A stretch of DNA of 60,605 nt, counting the filler, from Streblomastix strix (lineage: Eukaryota): assembly GCA_008636045.1 (NCBI GenBank). It is 3 parts of 3 records of this genome, joined end to end, with 100 filler letters (N's around TTAATTAATTAA, not from the genome) between each part and the next. Parts side by side here need not be neighbours in the genome. Positions count along the whole stretch, not along the records: positions 1 to 20,136 come from SNRW01000453.1; 2 more parts are not named here. The stretch is one strand, 5' to 3'. Positions 1-12,297 of this stretch are shown one piece after another. The translations under genes and the position numbers were made by a program. Every line of letters starts with the position of its first letter. The first letter of the stretch is position 1. A model generated the notes under the pieces. The model worked only from the letters and a program-made list of their open reading frames with translations. It was not told the origin of the DNA and searched no databases.

Positions 1-210
1 TTCAATGAAATAGAGATATCAAAGTACTGTTTACTCCTAACATATGATTAATTAGATGATTATCAAGAAAAAATTAAAAATATATGTGGAGAAGAAGTGA
101 AGAATTACATTGATGAAATGTAAAAAGGTAGTGAAAAGTAATACAAATTACGTGAATAATACATAATAGATTGGCGTTAGTTCTAAAAGGAAATGTGGGG
201 AGAAGATTGA
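1..210 (+). CDS. 3' end of a hypothetical protein, truncated by the window start
   Basis: Frame 1 is open with TAR=Gln (FNEIEISKYCLLLTYDQLDD...QKEMWGED) to TGA at 208-210. Confidence 0.45.
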
Positions 211-398
211 TTTATCTAAAAGCTAAGCATCTTAAGATGATTATTTTTGCATTAATAGTTATTTGACATGGACGAATGAAGGTAATTACCCTAGTAGAAT
301 TAATGAGCTCAGTTGTTGAGATTTTACTAATTTGGCTATGTATTTAACATGTATAGTGGTATTTTTGATGCCAAAATGATTGAATTTTAAATTAGTGA

Positions 399-660
399 TG
401 ATGGTCATTTGGCTGGGACGAATGATTCCTAATTTACGCGGCAGAATTAGTGCTCTTTGTGTAGAATTTAAGCGTTGATTTTTATAGTCATTTGACTGGG
501 ACAAACGGTTCCCAATTTCCACGGCAGAATTACTTTTCAGCGACGCGAATAATTAACTAAATCCGTCTATGGCATTTGATTTGTCAAAGTGATTGATTTT
601 TTGCGTTGATGCTGATGGTCATTTGGCTGGGACGAATGAGGGCAAATTCATACGGAAAAT
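399..660. repeat. Three imperfect copies of a relatively GC-rich ~45-nt motif
   Basis: GTCATTTG(G/A)CTGGGAC starts at 404, 487 and 618. Copies 1 and 3 share 27 identical nt (TGATGGTCATTTGGCTGGGACGAATGA). Copies 1 and 2 share downstream CGGCAGAATTA. Confidence 0.8.
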
Positions 661-1394
661 CATAGCCTCCAAAATTTTTGTACTATATCTCTAATATTTT
701 TCAAACATTATACTATTTCATTTATAAATATTAATTAATATTTATGGAAAATTTTGATTTTAAATTAAATTGGACTAAATCTGTTTTATTGCGGTTATTT
801 CATTTTAATTGATTTAAATAATTCATTAACTTTAAATATTTTATTTAGTCATAATAATAAAATAATATAATAATTTAAATTCAATTAATAGGAATTAAAA
901 TTTTTTGAATTATTTTTGATTTTTTTTAAAATATTAGATGCTTGGTATTCTCAACGCTATTATTTTATTATTTTCATATCGATCAAGAATTTCTTTCAAT
1001 AAATTAAAACCATAATCAAAGAAAAAGTATATTTAAATAACAATATTAATTTTAAATAAATTTACAGGAAATTTTTTGATTAATTTATAAGATATTTAAT
1101 ATTTAATACGAAATAAGGAATTTACATTACAAAAGAAATTAAAAAATAACATTTCATAATAAATTAAAATATCTACAAGAAGTATTAAAAAATATATATA
1201 AATCATTAGAAAATCTAATTATAAAACAATTTTTTTCATTAATTTCTTAAATTGAATAAAAAACAAAAACAGTATAAAATCATTGATTTCCAATTCATCG
1301 CTACACAATCTGTAATGTAAAGAGAATTATAAAAAAAAAGATTAATTATAATTACAAAAAAATTAACTTTACAACAGAAAATTATAATATAATA

Positions 1395-3513
1395 ATGAAT
1401 CATACAAAGTAAAAAAAGTTAAATTTCAGGAATTCATTAATGGATAAGAAAAAATAAATATATAATGCAACTGAATTAATTAAGTTTTGAAGAAAATTTT
1501 ACTGAAAATAAAATTACATAAGAAGTAACAAATAATATTTATTATTCAAATGTTGAGCAAAATAATGAGGAAATGATTTAATAGAAAATTAAGATACAAA
1601 CGTACATCTCGAATAAATTTTAAAAATTAATAAAAATATACATTTGAAATAGAAATCAATTAAGTAGAAAATATTAAACATATATTATAAAAATAATAAA
1701 ACTATAGAAGAAACACGTAATAGCGCTGTAATTTCACCAACAAAGTCCATTAATTTTTCTGAAAATTCTTAATAAAATCCAAATTCTTATCAATCACTCC
1801 AAATTAATTTGATTCAAAATCACTTATTTCTGATGACAGCAATAATATTGTCACTCCCCAATAAATAATAGTAAATCCTGAAAAAAAAATTTAAAATTCT
1901 GTTGCTGCAATAAAAACAGTAATAGAAATTCTAGAGGATGATGATGAATCAGTAGATGAAACAGATGATGAAGCGTGGTGACATCGGAAATAGTACTTCA
2001 GAAAGTTGATAACAAACTAAAAAAATGAATATTTTAAAAGAAAAGGAATAAATTAAAATTAAAAAATATCATTGCATGATAGTGAAGATGAAAGTAGTAG
2101 TGAAAATGATAGTTAAGTAGAGCGATAAAAAGACTAAGATTATTAAATCGAAAGCGATAGTGATTCATCTTCTGAATATGATATAGATTTTGGATCTATG
2201 ATTGAAAATAGTTATGAAGATGAAATTGAAATCGTTTTAAATAATTGTTGAATGAAAAAAAAATGAAGATTAATATGATGATCATAAAACAAGTACTCTA
2301 TAATTAAAAAAAATAATTGTTAATGGAAAAAAATATTTTAATAATAATAATTAACATAATAAATTATGAGAAAAAATAATAATAGTATTGACAAATATGA
2401 ATAATTTAAAATAATAACAACATTATTTGCAAGAAAAGAATTGTTTAATTCATTTTAGGAGGAAAATTAGAATATCAAAATTGGATATTCATAATATAAA
2501 AAATTCATTTAATTCAGAAAAATTCCTTCTAAAAGTTAAGTTGATATATGTAATCTATGCGAAGATTTGTTTGAATTAATAAAATCAGATTATGATATCT
2601 AGATTGAGTAAGAAGAAATAAAGTAAGTATGCTCATAATTACACCAGCTAGATGTAATCATAAAAAAATAAAAATATAATTAATTATTAAATAATTTATA
2701 GAATTCCGAATGCATAATTGTAACAGAATTTGTAGAGAGTTTCCGACTTCCTGTTAGAGCTAGAAAAATTAGGAAGACTACTTCAAATATAGTCAAGTGT
2801 CAATTCTGGCATTTTTAATATAATAAAAATAAGAAAATCTAATAATTAATTAAGTTTATTATTTTATATCTCTTTGCTAAAAAAAAGATTAAACTTACGT
2901 ATATGACTGTTTTGAAGATTTAATTATAAATAATAATTTACCATTTAATACAATTCATGTCTGGTCGGACAGCGGCACTTCTTTTAGAAGCGCTTCATTC
3001 AATTATCTTTTACTTTCTCCTTTTTCTCCGTTTCATCTTAAATATAACATTACCCAATCATTTTATGTATCAGGCTATTCAAAATATATATGTGATAGAG
3101 AATTTGGAATAACAAAGAATAAAATAAGATCATTAAAAAATAAAATATTGATTATTGAATAATTAGAATAATTTTTATAAGATTAGAGAAGTTTTGGAAC
3201 AAATACAAACCTTAAATTTGTCCGATATGAAAGAAGCGAAGGTGCACGAAGCTTCCCAATTTATTATGTTGATAACCAATTACAATATCTAAGTTTTAAA
3301 AACATAAATAATTAATTAAAACGAAGCTACTATTATGAGATTGATACAAATAAATATTAAGATATAGATAATAAACCCGAATAAAAATTATTCAAAGTTA
3401 TAAGCAAGATATCTGAAGTTAAAGTAAATTCAATTTAAGACAAAAATTATAATATAATGGGAGCCAAGAATATGAATTCATTACTTCCAAAAGTTGGAAA
3501 AGGATAAAACTGA
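1395..3513 (+). pseudogene. Degraded DDE/DDD-type DNA transposase (Sola-like)
   Basis: With TAR=Gln: acidic low-complexity N-part, DICNLCE (CxxC), IIVTEF, IHVWSDSGTSF and SGYSKYICDREFG; TGA at 3511-3513. Frameshift near 2765 and stops upstream. The 5' end is approximate and no TIRs were found. Confidence 0.55.
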
Positions 3514-4319
3514 TTCTCATTTCAATAATATTTTAAATTTAATAAATTTTTAATAATTATTATAAATTTTGGAAGTGAAAATTATGAATTAAAGTTTATA
3601 TAATTATAAAATCTATTAAATAAAGAAAATTATTTCAATTAGTATAAAATTATAAATGTAATTATAGAAATAAAATAACAAAATACATTTTAATGAAAAA
3701 ATAAAATAAAAATATTATGTCAGTGTTAAATGGATGTTGACATGAATAAATATGATTTATTTAACTAATTAAGCAAGAATACAGAAATTAATCTTAATAA
3801 AATTCATTTTAAAAAGTTAGTTATGATGAAACTCAGAATTTATTAATTAATAATATTTCTAAGTTTGTTTTGTATTTATATGTAGTATACAAAGAAGAAG
3901 TTTGCCGTATGTCAAAAAGCATTCATTTTCAGATCAATCTGCCCACGATAATTGAATAGTTGTAGCAAATTTATCTAAATATCAATGATTTTTAACATAC
4001 GGCAGCCAATTTTCCATATAATTATCGAATTAACGTTCATATATACATTAATTCATCACATTGATGTGAAGTATGAATAAATAAACGTTAATCCATATAA
4101 TTAGTCCATATTATTACTTGGAGCGCAGTGAAAACACATTATTCAAATTCGTTTACCATTCGAACAAACTGTTATAGTAAGTGTGTATCATTAATTGTAT
4201 CGTAAATCCTTATGATTTTCTAGTGTTACTAATATATTAATAAAAAGTAAATTTAAGTGGGTTAATGATAAAAGTTAATTTGTTTATTAAAGTGTGTTAT
4301 GCCTAATAAAAATAATCAA

Positions 4320-4978
4320 TCAATATAAATCAAAATTAATATCTTTATCCTGTTCTTCATACTATGCAGATTCCTCTTAACAATCATTTGTAGCTTAAAC
4401 TTATTATTATTCTTATGACTCTTCTTTTTCAATAATCTATTTGGGTTACTTATATTGTTTAACTTTTTATTTATATCACTATTTGTTTAACAGCATCTTA
4501 ATGTTATTGTTTAATAAAAAAATTTTCTGTTCTCATCCAGATTAGCACTTCCAAATCAAGTTAAGGATTAGTGTAATTAGTTTATGGAGTTTTTGATGAT
4601 TTTATGACTCTGTTTCTACCTTCTGCGGCAACTCTGTTGCTAATTTATTTCTTTAACTGTTTTTCCCCTTACTTCGCTTATTGATGTTTCATCGCTTTCA
4701 TTTTATTCTTCTAATGGTTAATAATATATGAAATCTTCTTCATCAACATCAATCTATTTTTAAGGTTATTTTTAAACTATCTTCTTTAGGTCTAACCCTC
4801 CTCCACGAGCTTATAACAATAACTTATTCTATTATGTTTATGTAATTTTTTAAAGGTCTTTTTTTCCTTCATCGAATACTTTAATATCTTTATTAGTTTG
4901 GATTACATATCCATTGTCAAAGTATTCAATATTTGTTCCATTCTCTATCAAATTCTTTAAGGCATGTTGTAAGTCCAT
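4320..4978 (-). pseudogene. Viral hypothetical protein (probable frameshift)
   Basis: ATG at 4978: MDLQHALKNLIENGTNIEYFDNGYVIQTNKD..., ending DINFDLY-TGA at 4320 after an apparent frame change. Confidence 0.55.
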
Positions 4979-5054
4979 TTGAATATTTTAAATAAAGAAA
5001 ATGATAAAGGGCATAGAAAGAAACTAAATTCGCATATCAAAATCCAAAAAATAA

Positions 5055-5743
5055 ATGTCTGAGATTAAGCATAAAGAACTTACGGATGAAGATAAAATAA
5101 GATTGCAATTGATCGATGATGCAATTAACAGGGTTAAATCAATACCAACTGTTGATGAAACAACCAAGAAAATGAGATTTAAACTGAGAATGAAACCAAC
5201 AACGTTGGCGGCATAAATGTAATTATTACATCAACACCTGAGTAATTGATCCTAACAGAATAAAAAATTACTAAGAATAAGAGTAAATATAATAAAGATA
5301 AATATAAAGAAGTAGATATAACAACAGCATAAGTTGAACCAGATGAAGTTGTTAAAATTACTTATCTTTCACACCCTAATCTCGCTGTAATGAAATTCAC
5401 TATCGATTGCCTATGGAAAACGGTAACTACAAGAAAAAGAGGAGATGATTTTATATTCTCATCAGATAATTTTATTAAACTTTGGTCATTAATTACTTAA
5501 GAAAATGAAGATGGTATTGAAACTCTATTAGAAGAACCATTAATGCGGTCCCATTTATGCATAGGTAAATCATATAAAAAGAATGATTTGATTCGTGTGA
5601 TGGATATTTTGATTAAGAATGTATCAGTTAAAGTATTGAATAATGTACTCTATAATTCTATTGAGAAACTTTATCGTGTGAATTGTGATTTTGTACGTTT
5701 AAGTGATACACCTGAAGTAGAGATTACCAAAGATGACTTTTGA
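5055..5743 (+). pseudogene. Viral hypothetical protein (one frameshift near 5170)
   Basis: MSEIKHKELTDEDKIRLQLIDDAINRV..., continuing in a shifted frame into the listed ORF 5543-5743 (...RLSDTPEVEITKDDF). Confidence 0.6.
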
Positions 5744-5771
5744 TTATATTTATTTTTTATTTGTCAAATAA

Positions 5772-6338
5772 ATGACATAGTAAAACAATTGGGAAACTTT
5801 AAAAGAAAATCCAAATTTTGTTATTTTGACCAATGAACCTCATACAATTGAAAGAATAGCTGATGATTTTATTCCTAAGGTTAGTTATAGTAATTCATCA
5901 AAATATTATTATATCAAATTGAATAACGACTAATACCTTTTTCATAGATTGATTTCATAATAATTTATTCCAAATCCTAATAATCTTCCTGAAGTTGATC
6001 ATATTAACCGAAATAGATTAGATAATAGAATTGAGAATTTACGTTGGGTATCTCGCTCCGACAACTAGAAAAATAAAGTTGGATGTAGAATTAAATATGA
6101 ATATTTTGATGAGTTACCTGATGGATGCTAACAATTAGATATGTATAATGGTCATGAACTAGAAGGATACTACTTTGATTAGGATTTTAATGTATATTAT
6201 CATAACGGTCTTAAATTTAGAAAGTTATTTGTTCATTAATACTCTTATTTACCATATGATATTGTTAATGTATGCGATGTAAACCACAAAAAGATTAATT
6301 TATTAATTGATCGATTGAGGAATGGAAATTACTAATGA
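5772..6338 (+). CDS. HNH endonuclease (HNH_3/I-HmuI-like), 188 aa
   Basis: Intact in code 6; motif FHRLISQQFIPNPNNLPEVDHINRNRLDNRIENLRWVS. Confidence 0.9.
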
Positions 6339-6363
6339 AAAACCTATTATTTTTGAAATAAAA

Positions 6364-7122
6364 ATGGAAAAATAACTAAGCGATTTAGATATGATTGATG
6401 AAGATGAATAGATTAATTAGTAAGAATATGTTAGTAAAATAAAAAATTAATAAGAAGAGGTTTAAAAATAAATTAAGGAAAGTAATACATTATTATAAGT
6501 TATTGGTAATGAGAAAATAAAGTACTTTAATTATTTGAGTTAATTTTTTAGGAATTCTATCGATTTTGTTAATTTGCATATTAACTAGATTGTTCGTGGA
6601 GTAAAGACATTTTTATCACATATAATAGCTGGCAAAATTATTAAATAAGGTGAAACAATTAATTAAATTTTATTAATTAACGGAGATACTATTGATAAAG
6701 ATTAATTAGACTATGAATCTATTGAAATTGCACGTTATACATCAATTGTTTATGGAATGTACGAGTAACGAATATGGGGTACATTAACAACATAAAATAG
6801 TAGAGTATATATTTCTCTTCAAATAACTCACTCAGATCCAAATACTACGTGGGAATCAGGATATACTTTATTCTCAATTGTTGATAATGCTATAAAACCA
6901 AAATTCAGTGGAACACCAACAAACATACCATTAAATGCAGTTATGTTTGCGTAAAAGGGATACTATTATCCAATGTTATGGAATGGTGCTATTCCTATTG
7001 ATTGTTTTATTAATCTTAATGGTAATGTTATAATAAATACAATGTGTTCGTTAAATTTACCTGATGATTTTTGTTTATAGGTTTGCGATTCATATGCTAT
7101 TCATAATTAATCAGCAAGTTGA
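6364..7122 (+). CDS. Putative short fibre/spike protein, 252 aa
   Basis: Intact in code 6: N-terminal coiled coil, shaft motif NQIVRGVKTFL...AGKIIKQGETINQILLINGDT, then a beta-rich C-terminal domain. Confidence 0.55.
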
Positions 7123-7169
7123 TTAACAACAAAGTTGCTGGTATAAATGCTAATTTAAAAATAAACAAA

Positions 7170-7295
7170 ATGAATCCGATAAATGAAACCATCATCTATT
7201 CTCTTGAATAATTGAACATTAACTGGCAAGCAATCTTTAAGACTATATAGGAAGCAGCAATCAAATACACATACGAATCAAAGATTTGTCATTGA
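7170..7295 (+). CDS. Small viral ORF, 41 aa
   Basis: MNPINETIIYSLEQLNINWQAIFKTIQEAAIKYTYESKICH, preceded by AATAAA like other element genes. Confidence 0.3.
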
Positions 7296-7323
7296 TAATA
7301 AAAATTAATTTATTTTTGAATTT

Positions 7324-9701
7324 TCACTGAGGTTTAATAGCTCCACCAGCAAGCTGTCCAATAACATCAATATATAGTACAATGTGTTGTAAATGCGTGA
7401 AAATTGTAAACGCGTGAATAATAAAATTTTATTTTAAATAATTTTATGAAAATTATCTTGGATTACACTATTTCAATAAATTAATTCCAAAAATGCACAT
7501 ATTAATAAATTTCACACCCCAAAAAAAATTTTATTTAAATTTTAGTTTGAAAATATAACATTTTTTATTTTAAATATATAAAAGCTTAAAGAAGTTAAAC
7601 TTTTAGCAATTAAAATATAATTAAGATCCATTTTTCTTGAATTTTAATTTATTTTTTATTTTTAAGAAATTTTATATTGAATTAATGTATATTACGACAA
7701 TTTTTAGAAAATAATTTAAAATTTATTTTTATTATTCACGTGTTTACAATTTTCACGTGTTTACAAACTATTGTACTTATGGCATTGAGCTATCATCAAA
7801 TATAATTTTAACAAACGCATCACACAAGTAATGCATCATTGGTGTAATAGATACTTTAGGAGGATCAGGATATGCTCTTATTCCAACGAATTAATTGAAA
7901 TCATTTTAGTTTTATGATGGATTTATATTAGTTGTATCAATAATTCCTTTAGCCAAATTTCTTTACATAATCACTTATACATTATTTCTAGAACCTATCT
8001 TAGAAGAGTTATATCCTCGCATAAATGAACCATCAGTAGCCAATTTCCATGCAAGCATATATTTATTGAGATAAAGTGTTCTAATAGCTTTACTTCCACA
8101 ATACAATGTTGTTAAATAGAATTTGTTAGCTGTTTTATATTAATCACTATTATCTATCAATCCATAGTAATTTTTTTATCATCAATATTCAAGTTCTCGA
8201 ATGTAAGTGAATGATATAGATCTGATGGGGCACTAACAACATCTTAATCAACGAAACAATCGAACATTTATCCATTAATTACTTAATTTAAGGATTTATA
8301 TGGTTATGGGATAACATTATTCTTATCAATAACTAGATTAAGTCCTGTGAATATTACAGGGAAAAACCACGTTGGATACAAGGGCATAGCAAATGTCACA
8401 AATAATGCCTTTATGTTAGAGAATGACATAATGCTTTACATTGATCCACTTTCTTTATCAAATCCACTAAATGGAAAGTTCGATGATTATGTTCTAAATA
8501 CTTATGTAAGAAAGTCAATTATTTTATGTTATTGAATCATTCTAATTATAGCTTCTTCATTTTCAATATTGATGCATACGTTCTATATCTCTAATGTATC
8601 AAATTTAGCTGATCCAATCTAGCTAATTGAATTTTGTGGTATCTTATCAAGAACAGCCGCATTTTACATATTTAAAACTCTTACATTATATCTTTTATAC
8701 GATAGATCATCAGCATCATCTCTTGATAATAGATAAACAATATCAGATTTCTCAGGAGGAATCATGTGATAAGCTAAATGATTATTTTATACTGTATCAT
8801 TTTTGTTAAGTCAAACAACCTTCAAATCTTATAGGAAATCTTATTTCCATAACTGTAGATGTTACGTTGCATAATTACGAGTATGAACAGGAAATGAATT
8901 AAATATAGGATTTAGTTAGCTAAGATCAAGTTCTCCACTGAACCTAATATCAAAAGGTATTTTATAGTAAAATGGTGTTCCTAAATCTTCAACAGTTGCT
9001 TATCAATCAATTTCACAAAGTGGGAAATCAATAAATACTCCACAATGACGTTTTCCTTCAATTATACTTTCAAGGGGTGAAACACTAACGCTATTTTTAG
9101 TACACAAATCACTGAGAGAATTCCCACTAATCACAGCTTATTCTCTTGCATAGATTGCAGATCCCCATAATGTTGTTGCATCTTTCTTTAGTTAAATTTA
9201 GTAGAATTGTCCACACGAAGTTGAGAAATCGATCCAAAATTATAGATGTTTTGATGATTCAATTCCTTAAGCTGATTTACCAAAATATCCTTATTCAGCT
9301 TATGACATATCTGTAGTCCAATCGGCTAATGGATCTTCTTTACCATTGAAATTAGTTCGTGCGATTAATTTACCTGCAGTATTCAAGTCATTAAATGTTT
9401 TATTTAATTGCATCGCTAATGTATTTTTAGAAATAGTAATTGTCCAATTTACTTAACAAGTTTGAACCATTGAAAATGCAGACTTACCACGTGCTCCTAA
9501 TGGTGCTCTAGTATATTTAACTCCACAAGATGTAAGTTCAGTTATAGGAGAATCGAAAAAATTTTGCTTTGATATTTCAAATGATTGTGGATGTATAGAT
9601 AGTGATTTTAGAACTTCTCCAAGTTACATATATCCACTAACATAATCAGAATGTTTCATTTTTGCTAATCGTCCAAGATAATCACTAGATTTGAATGACA
9701 T
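7324..9701 (-). pseudogene. Putative major capsid protein (~650 aa), interrupted by a MITE
   Basis: ATG at 9701 (MSFKSSDYLGRLAKMKH...); beta-rich; FSNIKALFVTFAMPLYPTWFFP, YMLAWKLATDGSFMRG and MMHYLCDAFVKIIFD; internal TGAs and a frameshift. The frame rejoins exactly across the MITE (DSSMPY/IDVIGQLAGGAIKPQ*). Capsid identity is inferred from size, composition and context. Confidence 0.65.
7376..7777. mobile_element. MITE, 402 bp, with ~80-bp imperfect TIRs
   Basis: Left end AGTACAATGTGTTGTAAATGCGTGAAAATTGTAAACGCGTGAATAATAAAA is the reverse complement of right end TTTTATTATTCACGTGTTTACAATTTTCACGTGTTTACAAACTATTGTACT. TAT (or TA) is duplicated on both sides. Confidence 0.9.
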
Positions 9702-9789
9702 TCCATTGAAACAAAAATTAATGAAACGGAAGTCAGAGACTAAGCGAAGCGAATAGATCTTTATATTAAAAGTTTTTATAATAAATCAA

Positions 9790-9996
9790 ATGGGTTTCTT
9801 CTCTGGAATAGCAAATTTTTGGTCGAAAATATTAGGTGGCGTTAAGAAAGCAGCATAATGTGTTGCACCAGCATTACATAAAGTTTTGTCTCCAATATCA
9901 GGTCCTGTTGGAATGATTTATCCCGCAATTGGAGGTGCATTAGGTGCAGGAGCTAATCTTGTAGGTGCCGTGGATCGACTTATAAATAAGCGGTGA
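9790..9996 (+). CDS. Small amphipathic Gly/Ala-rich protein (68 aa), candidate membrane-penetration protein
   Basis: MGFFSGIANFWSKILGGVKKAAQCVAPALHKVLSPISGPVGMIYPAIGGALGAGANLVGAVDRLINKR; intact. Confidence 0.7.
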
Positions 9997-10022
9997 AATT
10001 GACATAATTTATTTTTGTAAAA

Positions 10023-12269
10023 ATGAACAATTCACTATCATAATAGTAAATCCGAACAGTTAGATAACTTATCACTAATGATATAGCTTACTATATTCAA
10101 TATTAGAAACGAGGTAATTCTAGTGGTGGAATGATGTCAAATGAAGAGTATCAATTATTCATAAATAATAACAATGCATTAGTCTACGCTGCTAACAATT
10201 AAATCGTTGATGGAATTGCATCAGATTATGCATTAAAAATAGAAATAAGTGGTTTGCTAACGATAAAGAATTTGAAAGTGATTAATTTTTATTTTGTAGC
10301 TTAGATTAATTAGTTGATTAATTAAGTGAATTTACTATAACAATCAATTGGAACAACTGAATAGGATATTACTGATATAAAATATGATATTAATACTATT
10401 AATCAAGAATTATCAAGATAAACACATTTCTGAGGATATTATTTATTGAATAGTGACATCTAAAATTTAACTAATTCCGCTAATGGAGATTTTTCATTTA
10501 GTGCTGAAAGTGGAACAATTTGGATATATGATTAAATTTGGTATAATAGTTGAAATATAGTTCCAGATCAAGTAACACCTGCAAATGATGCAATTCCATT
10601 ATCTGATGGTACAGCAACAGCAGGAGTTAGTACAGAATATTCACGTGGAGATCATGTTCATCCATTAAATATAACAACTACTATTCCAATTAGTGATTCT
10701 GCTAGTGGATCAGTTGGTTCAACTAACTATTATGCCAGAAACGATCACTCTCATCCTCTCAATATAACAACTACTATACTTCCACAAGATAGTGTAAGTG
10801 GATCAGTTGGTACAACTAACTATTATGCTAGAAACGATCATTCCATCCAATTAATGTAGAAACTAATGCTTCAAATATTCCAATCGTTAATGGAGTTGGT
10901 GCAAATGGAACATCAGCTTTTTACGCTAGACAGGACCATATTCATCCATAACAATTAACTTACGATGGAAATGTAGCAGTAACTAAATTTATTAAATTGG
11001 AGGATTAGCGTCTGAAATATTGTGAGTTAATGGTGATACAACTACTTTAGAAAATAAATTTTCAAGAACATTTACAGGTAGTGGATGGGTTAGATTATGT
11101 GTATTTCCTGCTGGAGCTAGTGTTTGTAGTCCATTCATTGAATTTAAAGTATATTCGTCGTATAATTCTGTTCCAATCATTGGATTATAGCCTTTTTACA
11201 CTGTCAATGGTATCAATACTGCATATGGAGTATTTACTGCTCCAACTAGATTTACTTCATACTATTTGATTGATAATGGTGCAAATTAATTATTTCATAC
11301 TCATACTGGATCAGGTACGGCAGCTATTTATTCTGCATATATTAGATTAGAAACTGTTGGTTCAATTAAATTTGTGGTAACTGATTAAAGCACTTATTAT
11401 TCCAATAGAATTACTGAGATATTAACGTAAGATGCAGTTTCAACTGTTCCTACTGGAACATAAATACCTATAAATTATAATTTTGAAAATGTGGGAATAA
11501 TATAAAATACTCTATAAGTTAATCCAACAGAACGTATGAAATCCAACTATAATAATGGCATAAGAATAGGAACATATGTGAGTGAATCATCATTATATTT
11601 AGCATGTAGTAATTCAACAATTAGTGGAACAGTAACAGGATAATGAGAAGCTAGTAAAAATAATGATGATGCATTAACTATAGAACCTAGCTCATTACGA
11701 TAAGCTGATCATAGTGTTGGTTTAAATAGTAATAGTGATAGTACAAAAATAACATTTGATGGTAATGAATTAGTGAATATTGGAACTGACTAAACAATTA
11801 CAGGTATAAAACATTTGCAGGAGTTGTTTGTAGTGCTGCATAAATTAATCCTACTACTGCTAATTACTCATAAGGTTTGCGAATAAGTAGAAGTACAACA
11901 GGATGTGGTATATATATTGGAACTGGCAACCAAATAAACGGAACAGTATAAAATTATTGGTAAATAGTTTCATAATCTGATAATTTTGATTAAAACCCAT
12001 TAGGATTAACAATAGGCTTAAATAATGAAAGCTGAGCAGCTAATAGAGGATTACGAATAAGTGCTAATGTAAACACATTATTTTTCAATGGATATGTAAT
12101 TACAGGAACTGGCGTATCAAATGGTGGATATTCATCAGTAAATTATTCATAAGGAAAAGCAAAATAATGGGGTGTAAATAGTACAGATCCAATAGGTGGA
12201 TTCTATAGTGATTGAGCTAAAGTATATTGGAGAGCACATCCTTTAACAATGGGATCAGTTCTTCCATGA
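10023..12269 (+). pseudogene. Phage-like long tail-fibre protein with HxH repeats (~750 aa)
   Basis: Coiled-coil N-part; four repeats ending YSRGDHVHP, YARNDHSHP, YARNDHS(H)P and YARQDHIHP; motifs TKFIKIGG..EIL.VNGDT and DQTITGIK; G/S/T/N-rich C-terminus ending VYWRAHPLTMGSVLP*. Several TGAs and frameshifts (~10844, ~11815). Confidence 0.7.
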
Positions 12270-12297
12270 CTTTGATTATAATTTATTTTTGAAATAA

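Noticed and set aside
399..660. CRISPR-like array
   Set aside because: Only three degenerate copies, irregular spacing, similarity extends into the 'spacers', eukaryotic context and no cas genes.
3800..4300. Additional viral gene or terminal inverted repeat
   Set aside because: Only short broken frames without motifs, and no TIR partner is visible because the other end is missing.
5772..12269. Bacterial prophage or contaminant contig
   Set aside because: The genes need TAR=Gln, sit with pPolB and an A32-type ATPase, and carry a eukaryotic-type MITE.
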